The position numbers were made by a program, and so were the translations under genes. A model generated the notes under the pieces. That model searched no databases and was not told the DNA's origin. It saw only the letters and a program-made list of their open reading frames with translations. A stretch of 64,000 nucleotides of DNA from Euglena gracilis (taxonomy: Eukaryota): the NCBI GenBank assembly GCA_039621445.1, contig CP154954.1, positions 13,076,716-13,140,715 of the forward strand. The letters run 5' to 3'. Below are positions 37,114 to 51,571 of this stretch, piece after piece; the stretch's first letter is position 1, and each line of letters starts with the position of its first letter.

Positions 37114-38115
37114 GTCGGGGCCACCAGGAGAACCGATGGATTATCATCATGATCCCGGCCCGGTTCCCGGACTTTTTTTTCAGTGAGCGACTGGATTTCT
37201 AGTTTCCGAATCACCTGGATTTGACCCCCAACTCCCCGCCAGGCCCGAGTTATTCACGCGCGAAGGGGTCTAAACTGGGCAGGACCCAAGCCCCCCCCCC
37301 CGTTGGACTCAGCCATTTCAGCCAAAAAAATGTCCATTTTCAAAATATCTCCAAAATCAAGCCAATCAAAGGAAATGTTGGGAGACCTAATTTGAAGCCC
37401 TCGGAATGCCCTATCCAGCCATATTTTGATTTCCCCGCAACTCCCCGCCTAGCCCGAGATACGACCGTTTTTCAGCCCAGATGGCCGTTTTGTACACTTT
37501 TCCCACTGTCCGACCGTTTTCGGGGGGTGGGGGGTCAAAAAATCAATGTTTTCAAAATTTCTCAAAAATGATGCAAAGTCAAAGGAAATGTCTGGAGACC
37601 TAAATTGAAGCCCTTGGAACGCTCTATCTACTGGTATTTTGGTTTCCTCGCAGCTCGCCGCCTAGCCCGAGATACGGCCAATTTTTTTTCGGCCAATTTA
37701 GGCCATTTTGTACACTTTTTCCACTGGCCGATTTAGCCGTTTTCGGACAAAAAAGGTCAAAAAATCGAAATTTTTTTTTGCCCGAAACGATGTTTTTTGG
37801 CCTCCCGGACCCGGAAAAGGTGCTTTTTGAGCCAAAAATGAGCGTTTTTCCACCCCCTGGCCTCCTGTTTCGGGCACAAAACCCTTGCATTTCAGTCAAA
37901 GAGCTCCATGGAGTGGGCTGGTTTACATGGGGGGGTCAATGAAAGGGTGGGTGCGCGTTTATTAAGAGCTCAGCACTATTCAAAACCTGGTTCAGCGGTT
38001 CGCTGGGTTGTAAATATCTTGGATGCTACGAGCTGGATGTCCATTTTTGTCAGAAAATGACCACAAATATAATAGAAAGAATAATGAAAAATAAAAAGAG
38101 AGTAAACAAATACTA

Positions 38116-38514
38116 CCCCCCCCCTATGTCCAACGACCCCCCTATGTCCAACGACCACCCCCCCGGTCAGAGGACACCTTTTTGGAGGTTTGGCAAAAAT
38201 TTTGGTCCCGGCGCGAAAATTTTTGTGCCCCAAATCGGTCAAAAATTGGCCAAAATGCCATTTTTGGCACTTTTTGGACAAAAATTTGTCAAAATTGCCC
38301 AAAATTTTCGGCGCAAAGCGCTGGAAGGGAAAATTTGACCTTATTTGGGGGGTGGAGACCCGATTACCCGCCAACATTTTTTTTTTTGACCCCTTGTCCA
38401 ACGACCACCCCCCCCGGTCAGAGGACACCTTTTTGGTCACTACCCTATGTCCAACGACCACCCCCCCGGTCGGAGGACAGAGGTTACTGGTCGTTGGACA
38501 TAGGGGGGGGAGGG
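38116..38514. mobile_element. Second copy of the TATGTCCAACGACC Tc1/mariner-like MITE
   Basis: Same TIRs and subterminal repeats as 30499-31133, flanked by TA. Confidence 0.8.
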
Positions 38515-41492
38515 TAATTGGCGTTGTTATCATAATGAATCACAGCCTATTTGATGCCTCTATTTAATAAAGAGCGCAGTACCTCAGTACCTCAGGGAAT
38601 AAACTCGGATCGATATATGGCTCCCCCCCCCTCCTCCCGGAAAATTGTCACCAGACAGGTTGGCCGGTGCCCTGACCTGGGGACCCTGACTGTTTCCCAG
38701 GCTGGGCAATTGGCGAGAAAGTCACAAAATAAAAGTTGAACCTGACAGGGTAGCCAGAAGCCAGGGATCCTGAAAATTTGCCACATTTCCCAGGTTGTCC
38801 GGGATGGGGCAGTTTCATTGTCCGTTTCTTGTTGTTGGACCCTGACAGGTTCTCAGCCGCAATAGTTTCCTGCAAGGTGGGGGGGGGATAGGTAACTTCC
38901 GGAAGACACAAGAAAGGACAATAATACCTGCACCTTCTCGCCGTTAACAGCTGAGCAATATACTAAAAAAATAATAAATATATATGATAATTCAAACTTG
39001 AAAAATGGCGGTGGGGGACATGCATTTCTCTTAGCGGCAGAGACGTTTAAAATATAATTTAAAATATAATATATAAAAATACAATGCATACAGAACAGGA
39101 TTCCAGATTCATGACTTTAGGGTGGAAGGGGACAAAACAATTGGAAAGCAAAGGTAAAGCTAAATTTTTTGTCAACGTCTTTTGAACGATTTTAGAGTAC
39201 ACACATAAATCAAACAGATATCCAAAAAAACGGAACAAATGGTTTGACAGAGAAAATGACAGAGACCCACACCTATTTTGTGCTCCGCTTATTTCGCAGG
39301 TGAGTTGTGATATTTTTTTTGCTCTGCGAAGGGAAAATTATGTTGCTGGCCGTGAACCAGGAAAAATCCTGCAAGCAAAAACCAAAATTGCATTAAACAT
39401 CTCCCCAGTTGGCTTTTGCTTAAGGACCCCCGGGGACACTGGCTGCCATTTTGCTAGAAACTGAAAAGACATATCAGGGGACCCTCGGACCCCCCGCTGG
39501 CCAGGGGTCCGAGGGTCCCTTGATTGGAAAAACAATCCCTCCGGTGCGTGCGTGGTCAAAATAGGATTTTCAATGAAAGATTTTTAATATTTAATGTTTA
39601 ATTGAAGCCTTTCAATGAATATTTCTGATTCAAATCATGTTTTTTTTCCATTTTTGGAGGTGGTAAAAAAGCCAGATTTCACATACATGGGTCCCAGTTC
39701 TACTTCCCCCACGGACGGCAGGGTCAACATCTGTGCATCACTATTTGTGCATTGCATTGCTGATAGTGGGCGGCTTGTTCACCACAGCAGTGTCCTCTTA
39801 CCCCCCCCACCTTAGCCGGCTGCTGCTCGGTTTTTGTCTTTACATCTGGGCAGAAATCCTGATAGAAAAATTAGTGATAAAGTGTCTTATTCGACGATGC
39901 TCGCATGTGTGAGGATATCTGGCCTGTTGACTTTGTATTACTGAATAATTTTTTGATGTGCCAGGGTAGCTGCCATAAATCACCACCCGCTGAACATCTC
40001 TCCCCCTCACACGTGTGTAAGAGGGCAGCCCAATTCTTCTTCCGCATCCGTGTTGGTATCCTGCGCCGTTGCGAGCCTGCAGCTGTGCCCTCTTTGATTG
40101 CCTGTTGAGCAAGTCGATGACGAACGACCTTGATTTGGTGGCAAAAGTAGTCTCCCGAGGGAGCTTCCAGAATGAGTGTTCAGCAATGTCACAAGTGTCG
40201 GCATTGTGATAAGTGGCATTGGTGCATTGGTGTCATCAGCTGACACTCATTGTCCTCGGTGTCATCACCAATGGCGTCAACGGCTGTATAAGAAATGGGT
40301 GTATTTACAACAAAGCATTTCCACAAATTTATTAGCCAAAGTTGGTGGCAAAGGACCGAGTTATTGAACCGAATGCAAGTCGCAGAAGTGAGGCACCGTG
40401 TCCGAAATTAAGGAATTATTGCGATGTGATCAAGGATAAATGATTAAGGATCTGTCCGATGTGATTTATGTGCATTTTGATCAGGCAAGCCAACGACACT
40501 CCCATCTCCAAGTACTCGGCAATTTTTTGTAGGCCAGGAAGGAATTGGCGTCAGACTTGCTTCCTTCTGGTTTTTTCCTTGCCGTTAATTTCCCCCAGCA
40601 TACTACATACAAATTTCGATTCCCTCGGGTGTATCCCCCCAGTCGTTAGGCTGTCCCAGCCAGACACCGAACTGCTCTCAAGACAGGGCCTGACCACGAC
40701 TCTAACTCTTCAACCCCCATCCCCGCACTGCATGGGTTTCGGCGCGCCCGTCCACCCCCAGCGCCGCCGCCTGTGTCGCCTGTCTGTACATCCCTCGACC
40801 CCGATCGTTCTGTCCCCCTGTTCGTCGTGTCCCCGTGTGTCTCACGCCCACCGGTTGCTTCCGTCCCCCAGAGCGCGGCCATCTGTGGCTCAATTCAATG
40901 GGTCTTCTTCAATGGGGTTCAGGATGCAAAAAAAGTTTGTTCAAAGCCTTCAAAGTGTTTTGGAGACTAGACCCATTTCGGATTTTTTTTCCAGCCAGGT
41001 TCCCCCCCACTAATTTTATACCCCACCGTTCTTACCCATTTTTTCTGGTTTTCCAGACAAAGAGGGAGGTTCCTATAGATTTGTTTGTCATTATTATTTA
41101 ATTTTTAATGGATCTCGTGGATTTTTAGTGTATTTTGAAAAGAATCAGGATCACCAAATCCCCAGTAGTGTGCAAAATCACAACTTTTTCACATAGGCTG
41201 TGTAGGAAGTAATATCGAGGTGGTGACGATTTTGTTCCCATCGCAGCCACGTCGTCGAAGTCACTGCCCCCTCAGTCTGGGTTGGCAGGGGTAACCATCT
41301 CGTGATATCATAAACATGGAGCCAATTCTACTCACCGCAGCGTGATGCTGAGTTTGTTTTGCAAATTGAAGGGGTCCGAAAAGCAGAATGACCTGCTCTC
41401 GCAGTATTTTAGCTTGGATTCCGGTTTATTCCGGTTTTCGCTATTACGGTTTATTCCGGTTTATTCCAGACCGAAATATCTCCCTGCCCCTG

Positions 41493-43591
41493 CATCGACC
41501 AACCCCCAAAACAACCCAAAAAGGGGTGGGGGTTGGTCAGTGGGCTGAGCAATGGTGACCATTTACTCAATGTTTTCATTTAACCCAATGTTGCTCCAAC
41601 CCAACAACCTAAAATTTCAGAATCCTATGCGTGATATCAGGAGAATACCCAAACCCCCCAAAACAGTACTTTCCCGCACCCCGACCCCCATATACCCCAC
41701 CCTTACCCCGCGCCGCTAAACAGCCCACCCTGGGTCGAGCTCAAAATCTGGAAAATTTGGTCCAGTCAGGAAAAGGCTGCTGGCTAACCCCAATCCCCAT
41801 CCCACCCTACATTTGGGGTCAAATCCGGTGTCAAAACTTTTAACCGGAATAACCGGAATAAAAGTGCCAGCCAATGGCTTGAAAATTCTGCAAGGCACAA
41901 GGCAATGAAGGTGAAGTTTGATATATTTTCAGGTTTCAAAATCAAAAGAGCAACAAAAGAGTGGAAGCATAGCACAGTCGGCACTTAATATCTGATGCAC
42001 ACCTCACCTTTGGCTGTTTCCCCCCCTAATTGAATGCATTTTTTGTTTGTATTTTATCCCCATTTGTGGGGCTGCAATTAGTGAATGTTTGTCCCTGAGT
42101 TCTTTTTAAAGGGACATGAACTAGGACAATATCAACGCCGATTTTTGGGGGCAGGGATCCCATTGAACAAAGTGAATCATCTTTCAATCAGGGGGTAATA
42201 ACACTCTTAGGCGGCCTAATTCGCACTTAAGGTTTTGACATTTGCATTGCGCAAAAAAATTGCACTTTGAAAAAGGTTCAAAAACCCAGGTTTGAATGCC
42301 AGGACACGTGAACAGCAACACCAGCCTAACTCGCATTTAGCTTTGAAAGTGTAAAATTGCGCCGACGCGCAATCTTGCAAAGAAGTTATGTTATCGAACA
42401 CCGAGGTCTGAGACAGTCCGAATTAGTGTCTCCCTACCCCCAGGGCCTGGGGACGAACATAACGACTTGGACATCTACAGTGTACGGACACAGGGCTCCC
42501 TGGGCCCTGTGTGCATAACCCCTAAGCGCTGGGTAATGAAACGAGGGAACTCCATTGCGCAGTTGCGCCATGGCGCAGAATTTTTTCATTACAAAAAAAA
42601 TATTGCGCTTTGGCGCAATGTTTTTTATTGTAATTCTAAATAATAATGCGCATTTGCGCAATAATAACAGCATATGCGTCAACGTGTGTTTTCATTGCGC
42701 ATCCGCAAAGAAAACACGCTCATGTAGAAAGAAAATTTAAGAGTTATATTGTGACATGGCGCAATAGAAATACAAATTTCAAAATTCAGGATTAGCATGG
42801 CTGTTGCGTCGAAGCGGACACCGCAGCAGGCAAACCTTCACGAACAGATTGTAGAGCCTAAAAAGCAACAGAACGGGCCAAAAGTCACCTGGCTTGTGTA
42901 GCACCATCTGGGGAACACAGTCGAGGCTTCAAAAATGAGGGAGACACAATTGGGCCTAAGATAAGGTGTACACCCAGCGGGACAATTTTTGGGAAGAAAA
43001 CAGACAGCGGTGCCAGGGACCCGCCTCAGGAGAAAACCGCGAGCACCAATTTTCATCGGCTTGTTTGTCCCCGGAAAGGCCGGGGTCTGCTGTGGTGTGC
43101 AGACCTGCATCACCAAGTGCGAAGTGACCACTTGGTGGGGTGGGGCAAGCAAGGAATGCAAATCTATTCCTGAAGCCCGGGTGAGCGCCTCGCCCAATTG
43201 TGCTTCGAAAAATCCTAAGTCCATTCAGACAGAAATTGACCGGAATAAACCGGAATAAATTCCGGAATAAACCGGAATAACCCGGAATAAACCGGAATAA
43301 AACACCGGAATTAAATTTTCGGCCGACCGGAATATCTCCCTGCCCCCCCAGATTTTGAGCTCGACCCAGGGTGGGCTGTTTAGCGGCGCGGGGTAAGGGT
43401 GGGGTATATGGGGGTCGGGGTGCGGGAAAGTACTGTTTTGGGGGGTTTGGGCATTCTCCTGATATCACGCATAGGATTCTGAAATTTTAGGTTGTTGGGT
43501 TGGAGCAACATTGGGTTTTAAATGCTCACCATTGCTCAGCCCACTGACCAACCCCCACCCCTTTTTGGGTTGTTTTGGGGGTTGGTCGATG
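41493..43591. repeat. About 250-bp near-identical inverted repeat pair (41493-41751 and 43348-43591) with CCGGAATAAA arrays
   Basis: Direct reverse-complement match. The ORF track shows near-identical peptides on opposite strands (ISGE.PNPPKQYFPAPRPP). Confidence 0.9.
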
Positions 43592-43637
43592 GAATTCCTG
43601 GCCCGTGGATTTTTTTTAATTATTAGCAATGGGGCTG

Positions 43638-43646
43638 ATAATAATA

Positions 43647-43703
<57 letters not shown>

Positions 43704-43772
43704 TAATAATAATAATAATAATAATAATAGTAATAATAATAATAATAGTAATAATAATAATACTACTACTAA
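43638..43772. repeat. (AAT)n microsatellite
   Basis: Seen directly. Confidence 0.95.
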
Positions 43773-44683
43773 TGGTGAGAAAAAAATCAAACAATGAGTT
43801 TTTTGCTCATTTGGCAATTTTTTTGGTCTTTTTGACACATCAAATTATATTTCACCAAGTTTTTCACCTACTTACCAAAAGAATGCGTGGTCTAGTTGGG
43901 GAGGGGGAGTCGGTCACACACGGAAGTCACATGTTTGGAAGGAAACAGTATTGTGAGCCGTCTATTATTTAAGGGTTCGCAGGACTGGACTGCAGCTCGT
44001 CCAAATTTGTCCAGCGAAAATTCTAGTGGAATCCCCGGGGCCAGGGGAGGGGGGGGGTCTGTCAGCAGGGCCAGCTAATGGACTTTTTTTTCCAGTCACT
44101 GGCACGAAGCAAAAATGCAAAGCCCCAATGTGATTGGGCGGCACTCAGGGGTATTCAGTGCAACACCGGCGCTGACAGCCCCCTGTCTCCCTCAGTCTAC
44201 GGTGCCGTTTGACCTGCACCCCCTGCCATAGCAGGAGCATTTCTGCTTCTCTGACCGCTCCACCACCGTCTCACCATTTTTTACCTTTGATGTTCTGTAT
44301 ACACATTCCATTCCTGTGATTTGGGTGTTCTGTGATCCCGTAACCTAACGCCAAAGTATTTCAAACCTAAAACTGGCTGGTGCTGCTTTGACTCCCTGTG
44401 GCCCAAATTTCAACATTGAATTTTTCAATTTTTTAACTATTTTTAAAGGTTCCACCAGTAATCCAGTAACACATATATATAGAGTAAGGCGCAACCACGG
44501 CAAGGATTTCGAATGTATTGCCAAACTGCAACAAAAGGATAATTTTGGATTTCTTCCTGAAGTGGTGTGATTTGGTTTCTTCTGTGGACATGGATAGCAC
44601 GTTTTTTTCCGTTTATTCAAGAACAACACCTCCCTGATTTCATGATTTGATTTGTTCCACGCCGAAATTTTTGACATACCCTG

Positions 44684-44684
<1 letters not shown>

Positions 44685-44736
<52 letters not shown>

Positions 44737-44805
44737 GGTGGGTGGGTGTGTGGGTGGGTGGGGGGGTGGGTGGGGGGGGGGGGGTGGGTGGGGGGGTGGG
44801 TGGGT

Positions 44806-44864
<59 letters not shown>
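44685..44864. repeat. (GT)n/(GGGT)n microsatellite
   Basis: Seen directly. Confidence 0.95.
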
Positions 44865-44867
<3 letters not shown>

Positions 44868-47800
44868 CGTGATTTGATTGAGCCGTCATGACAGAACATC
44901 CACTCTATGGCCACCACCGCCTGTACAGTTCACAGTTCGCGTACCAGCATCTTGCCCAAGGCCTTCGTCCTAGTTGTCAGTTTCAGCTCCATCTGTCCAT
45001 TCGGAAGGGGTCGATGATGTGTGATCCACACAGCTGTCTTGCAGTGCAGACTGTGCTAGACGTGCAAGTGGGCGGTGAAATTAATTGTAATGCATTTTTG
45101 TAATGTGAATTTTATTTACAGGGACAGGGACAAAAAAATTGCATGTTAGATGTTTTTTGGCAAAATTTAATCTCATTTTTATTTTTTTTCGACGCGTGTC
45201 AGTTTCCTCCGCCCTCTTGCATGACGCTTCAGCCCAAAGTGATAAAAATGGAAAAAGGGGGGGAAGGAAAAAGGAAATGCTGGAAATGGCCTTAAAATGA
45301 CAAAAAAAAGCATATAAGGTTTACCCTTCAGTTTTCCCAATGACAAGCAGGGATAAAAGGGTTCGAAAAATGCCGGGAGGATGCTTCGCATTTTTTTCCG
45401 CATTTTTTTTCAAAATTTTCCAGCTTGCATTTTGTGCATTTGTCGCTTTTTGGCACAGGTTTTTTAACGTTGTTTTTTTTACAATTCTTCTCAATTTTTT
45501 GAAAGTTTTTGATTTTTTCCCACCCGACATTTTTCTGATAATTCCATATGATTTCTTTAAATTTGGTCAGTTGGCGCCATTTCTGGCCTCTCATATTTTC
45601 TTTCGTGGCATGTTTCCCCGAAATGCGCATTTTTTTTGCGCATTTTTGTGTGTTTTTTTTCCGAGTCCAGGCTGGCGCATCCCCCCCTATACGTGGCAAA
45701 AAAAATACTAAACAGCGATTGAATACCGAATATCACCAAAATTGTTTACCAGATCAAACGTCTTACCGAACAGTTTTTACTGCAAAATTTTATTGTAGTT
45801 TTTCTCTAACTTGACGTAAATTGTGTGTTTAACCTCGGAAATATCATGCTCCAAGAGCTTTCAGGATGCAGTCCTAGCAAATGGGAGAAATGTAAGGTTC
45901 CGAGTGTGTTCCATCCTGGAAATTGTTAGCGTCTTGGCATTGAGTTTCTTGAGGAAGGAGGAAGCCGTGTTTTCAAATATATTTATGACATAACCGGCAG
46001 CTTACAAACTTACACAGGGCTCCATGAATCATACATCCTCAATTTTTTATCTCGACAATTTATACTACATCCACCCCCTCCTTTCTCCAACCCTAATATT
46101 TGGTCCAAACAGCACCAAAACATCATAAAAGAAAATAATAGCTGACCATTGACGATCCATTGACGGTCCGGTTCCATTGATAAAGTGTGTCGTTGACAAC
46201 TTGGGGGGGTTACTACCCCGTGTCAAGAGAACATTCCCTGAACATTCTTATGTCTTGGACAACGGAGGTTAACACCTTAAAATGAAAGGCAACGTGAAAG
46301 GAACCATAAACACGCCATATTATCCTGTTGTAAACCTCAATCTCAAGCCCGGCTTTCCAGAATGACGCAAATCTTCCAACAGAGTGCCCCTTTGGACACC
46401 TAATGAGAGTTGGATTTGAACAGCCCCTGGACTCAGGCAGGGGGGGGATTTCCAGGAACCCTTCACAAGCGAAATGCCTCCTCCCAGGCGTTTGCTCCCC
46501 GCCCTTCCTCATATGCAAACCTGGCCTCAAGCCCCCTGTCTTTAATTTCAAGTGCGGCCCGAACCCAGCTCCCGGGGGGGGGGGGGGAGGCAATTATTCT
46601 CCAACAGTCCAACGCTTGCCAAACATTTAATATTTAATATTGTTTAATATTTTGCCGTTTTATTAAAAAAAACGGCACCTGTAAACACAACTTTGGGTCA
46701 TTTTGAAGCCCAACAAAAAAGTGCCAGCTTCTTCACCGGTTTTTCCCCCAATGCGCGGGGGGACCCTGCAGGAGGGGATCTGAACGAAAGGGGAAAGGGA
46801 ATCCAAACCCCGTTTCATTTAAAGTTCTGCCCTCGGCGTTCCGCGAAGGATCTAAATAACACCCCCCCCCCTGCAATTGCGTAATTTCGAGAAGATGAAT
46901 CACGAGTTCCGGCACGCAGGTGTGGCATCCTCGGGGAGACGAACCTGTCAACCCTCTGTGTCCCGACCGCTCTTGTCTGTGTGGTGCAGACCGTTAAAGA
47001 CGAGCTCTGCGTCACTCTCCCAGGGGTGGGGGAGGGGGGGGTGAAAAACGAGCCCCAGAAACAAGGCAGCACAAGACGGAAAAATGGCTACATCACCTAC
47101 AGGGCACCCTCCGGGACAACACCCTTTGGGGAGGGCCAACTGGGGGTTTTTACCCGCCATCATGGGGTGCCAACTTACCAGGATGGTTATTCGCCATTCC
47201 ACTCTTCAGGCCTAGATGCAGATGGCGGAAAGGAACCCAGCCGGATTCCCAACGTGAGTTTCACGGCACAGGTTTGTTTTGGTGACAGTGAGGTTACCCA
47301 GAATTCTATTTTCTCTTTTTTTCTACATATTATGCTGCAGTGTGGTGCTTCACATAAAGCCCGGACCGACCCAATGGGAGGGACTATTTTGGGAAAGTAA
47401 GTAGTTCAATGTCAGTTGCTTGCACTCTTTTAAGAGTTGTATTAAGCTGTCCAGAGTTGCTTCAAAACATTTTTTTGTGTATTATTTAGAACCTCTTTTC
47501 CCAATGATTAATAATTACCAAATCATTTTACAATTCCCCCACTGCAATTTCATTGCGTTTATTATGTTGAAGAGACAGATATATGTAATTTTGGGTAGGC
47601 CGAGATATATTCATCTTTTTTCCTTTTCACGCTCTTTGCGGTGTTCCCAGACAAAAATTTAAATATCAAAAATCTTGCACCACGTTTTCAACAGAGTCAA
47701 AATTTTTGTAATCAAAGCTCCAAACTCCTGGGCGGTTAATTGTGTCCGTCGCATTCCCCCGCAAAAACGGTGCTGGACAATTATTTGCTTTCGGCCAGCA

Positions 47801-47942
47801 GTGAAGACATTTTTCCATCCAGAATGTGTCTTGTGTGGGTGGATGGGTGGGTGTGCGCGGGCATTGTGTCCGTCATTTTTTTCTGCCCCCGTGAGAGCTT
47901 ATGTATTCAACCCCTGGCGCCTTCCGTCCCCCTTCCCTCCAG

Positions 47943-49310
<1,368 letters not shown>

Positions 49311-49984
49311 GTGCCTCGCTGATGCGCCGCCTGTTTGGGCTAGAGTGTTACGAGGGAGTGCAAAGAAATAAGGTCTGGTTGCCTTTTTGTTTTTTTTTGC
49401 ATTTTTTTTTGCGATATCACCGGAGTTGCAACATTTTTTGCCTTTTTTTGCCAGGCAATTGCTTTCAAATTCTCACACTTCAGAGTCTTCCATGTTTCCA
49501 ATAATGTCCTCATCTGCACTTTCGAGTTTAAATGTTTCATACATTATACTTTTTTTTCAATATCAAGATGTTCTCAATGGAGAGATCTTTGTTTTTTTTG
49601 TTGTTGGCGCAAAATGCGGAAGAATGAAGTTTCCAACCGAACACCTGAGCCAAACACCATTGAATTCTTGTTGTTTGTAAATCTGGGTTTGTAAAGTTAG
49701 TATCGGCCCGGCCCTCCACCAGGAATCTCCCACGAACTTCTCATTTTGCGGAGCATAACAGACGGCTTGTGACGTTTGCAAATAACTACTACAAGGCATC
49801 CTGGATCTTTTCATCCATTTTGTACTCGCCAAAATGAGGCTTCCTGACCACTACCCTCCTCCCTATGGCTAGAAAGGCAGATCACCAATTGTGTTACACA
49901 TCCCACGCAGTCTTTGCAGATTTCATGGTTTGAGATTTTCCCAGATAATTTTTTGTCCATTCGGAATTTTATACAGTGTGAGAC

Positions 49985-50233
49985 CAGGGATTTTATAGTC
50001 GTGGACCTGGGGGGGGCCGGCCGGGCTCCGGCCGAGCCCCCCCCCCCCCCGGGGGGGTCCCCCCAGAGGGGGGTGGGAAATACTTTTCGGCCGAAAATTT
50101 TTGAAAAGGCGCTATTTTTAGCACTTTTCGCGATTTTTGTGGGTCCCCCGGGACCCCCCCCCCCCGGGGGGGCCCAGGGGGTGGGTAGGTGGGGGGGACC
50201 CCCCTCCCCCCCGGTCTTAAAAAAAAAACCCTG
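49985..50233. mobile_element. hAT-like MITE (family B)
   Basis: Ends CAGGGATTTT/AAAAACCCTG, perfect TSD TGTGAGAC. Confidence 0.9.
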
Positions 50234-50985
50234 TGTGAGACACCATTGTATACCCTCTCTACCCCCGCTACTGTGTGTTCCGAGTGGACTCCCTTTCCTC
50301 AGAGTGCGACCCTGGAAACCCCACAGAATTCCGGCCAGGCCGTTGCTTTGGTCGCTTGACAATACCTTTTGGGTAAAGCCACAGGCACCACGGCGTACAG
50401 GATGCTCGGCTCAATTTCCCAAACAACAAAGCCTGCTGACTTGAGCATCTGTCAACCCGGGCTGTGGCCAAGCTGTGTTGGAAGGCCCCCTCCATTCAGG
50501 GGAGAGGAAGTGGATTATACGGAGAACAGCTGTAGGGAATTTTTGGGACAGCTTTTGGTGCAGACGGCGTCATTTATTTGAAAGTAATTTTTGAATGGAA
50601 TTTTGTACGTCCACTCCAGCTGGGCATCTGCTCAAGTTCACAATCCCCGGGGGGGGGGGGGGGGTCCAAATTTGGCTCGTGGAAATCCTAATGGATCTCC
50701 CGGGGGTTTACCAGCAGGGCCAGCTGGTGAAAAAAATTCCCAGTGGCCTCCGCAAAGCGCTGGAAAAAAATTGCCCAAAACCTGCCGGAAAAAAATGCCT
50801 ATTTTTGGCCACGGAAGAAAATCGGCCAACAAACCGCATTTGACCACCCCGGGATGTGTCGCCGGATGGAGTGGTGTGCCACACTGGGCGACGCCGGCAA
50901 TTTTCGTGTTGGGGGACACGGGGATTGGTTTTTGAAATCCACCCCCTTCCCCCCCCCTCCCCCCAATTGGAAGTCCCTCCCCCGA

Positions 50986-51234
50986 TGGGCCGCCCTCGCC
51001 GCGCCCTGGCCCCCGGCGCCCCTCCCGCTGCCGGAGGTCCCCGTGGCGCGGCCCGAGGTCAAGCCGCCGCTGCTGGACCCCCAGTGGATGTGGATGCAGC
51101 GCATGGTGGACTCCAAGGCCTCCGGCGGTCTGCCTTCCCCCGCCCGGGCGCACACTCGCACGCACTCACACGCTTTCACTCACACATACACACACCCACA
51201 CGCACACCGTTACACACAGACACTCACGCGCGCG

Positions 51235-51307
<73 letters not shown>

Positions 51308-51470
51308 AACGCACGCACACAAGGCACGCACACGCATACACACATTCATGCAGAAACACACAGGCGCAAGCATGCACACATATGTGTACACAAGTGCGTA
51401 CACACACACACATACACACAGCAACACAAACAGACAGACAGACAGACATGCACATGCACATGCGCACGCG

Positions 51471-51525
<55 letters not shown>

Positions 51526-51534
51526 ACATACACA

Positions 51535-51571
<37 letters not shown>

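Noticed and set aside
39476-39522. Hairpin CAGGGGACCCTCGGACCCC/GGGGTCCGAGGGTCCCTTG as a terminator or mini-MITE
   Set aside because: No TSD and no U-tract. Probably an internal palindrome of a larger repeat.
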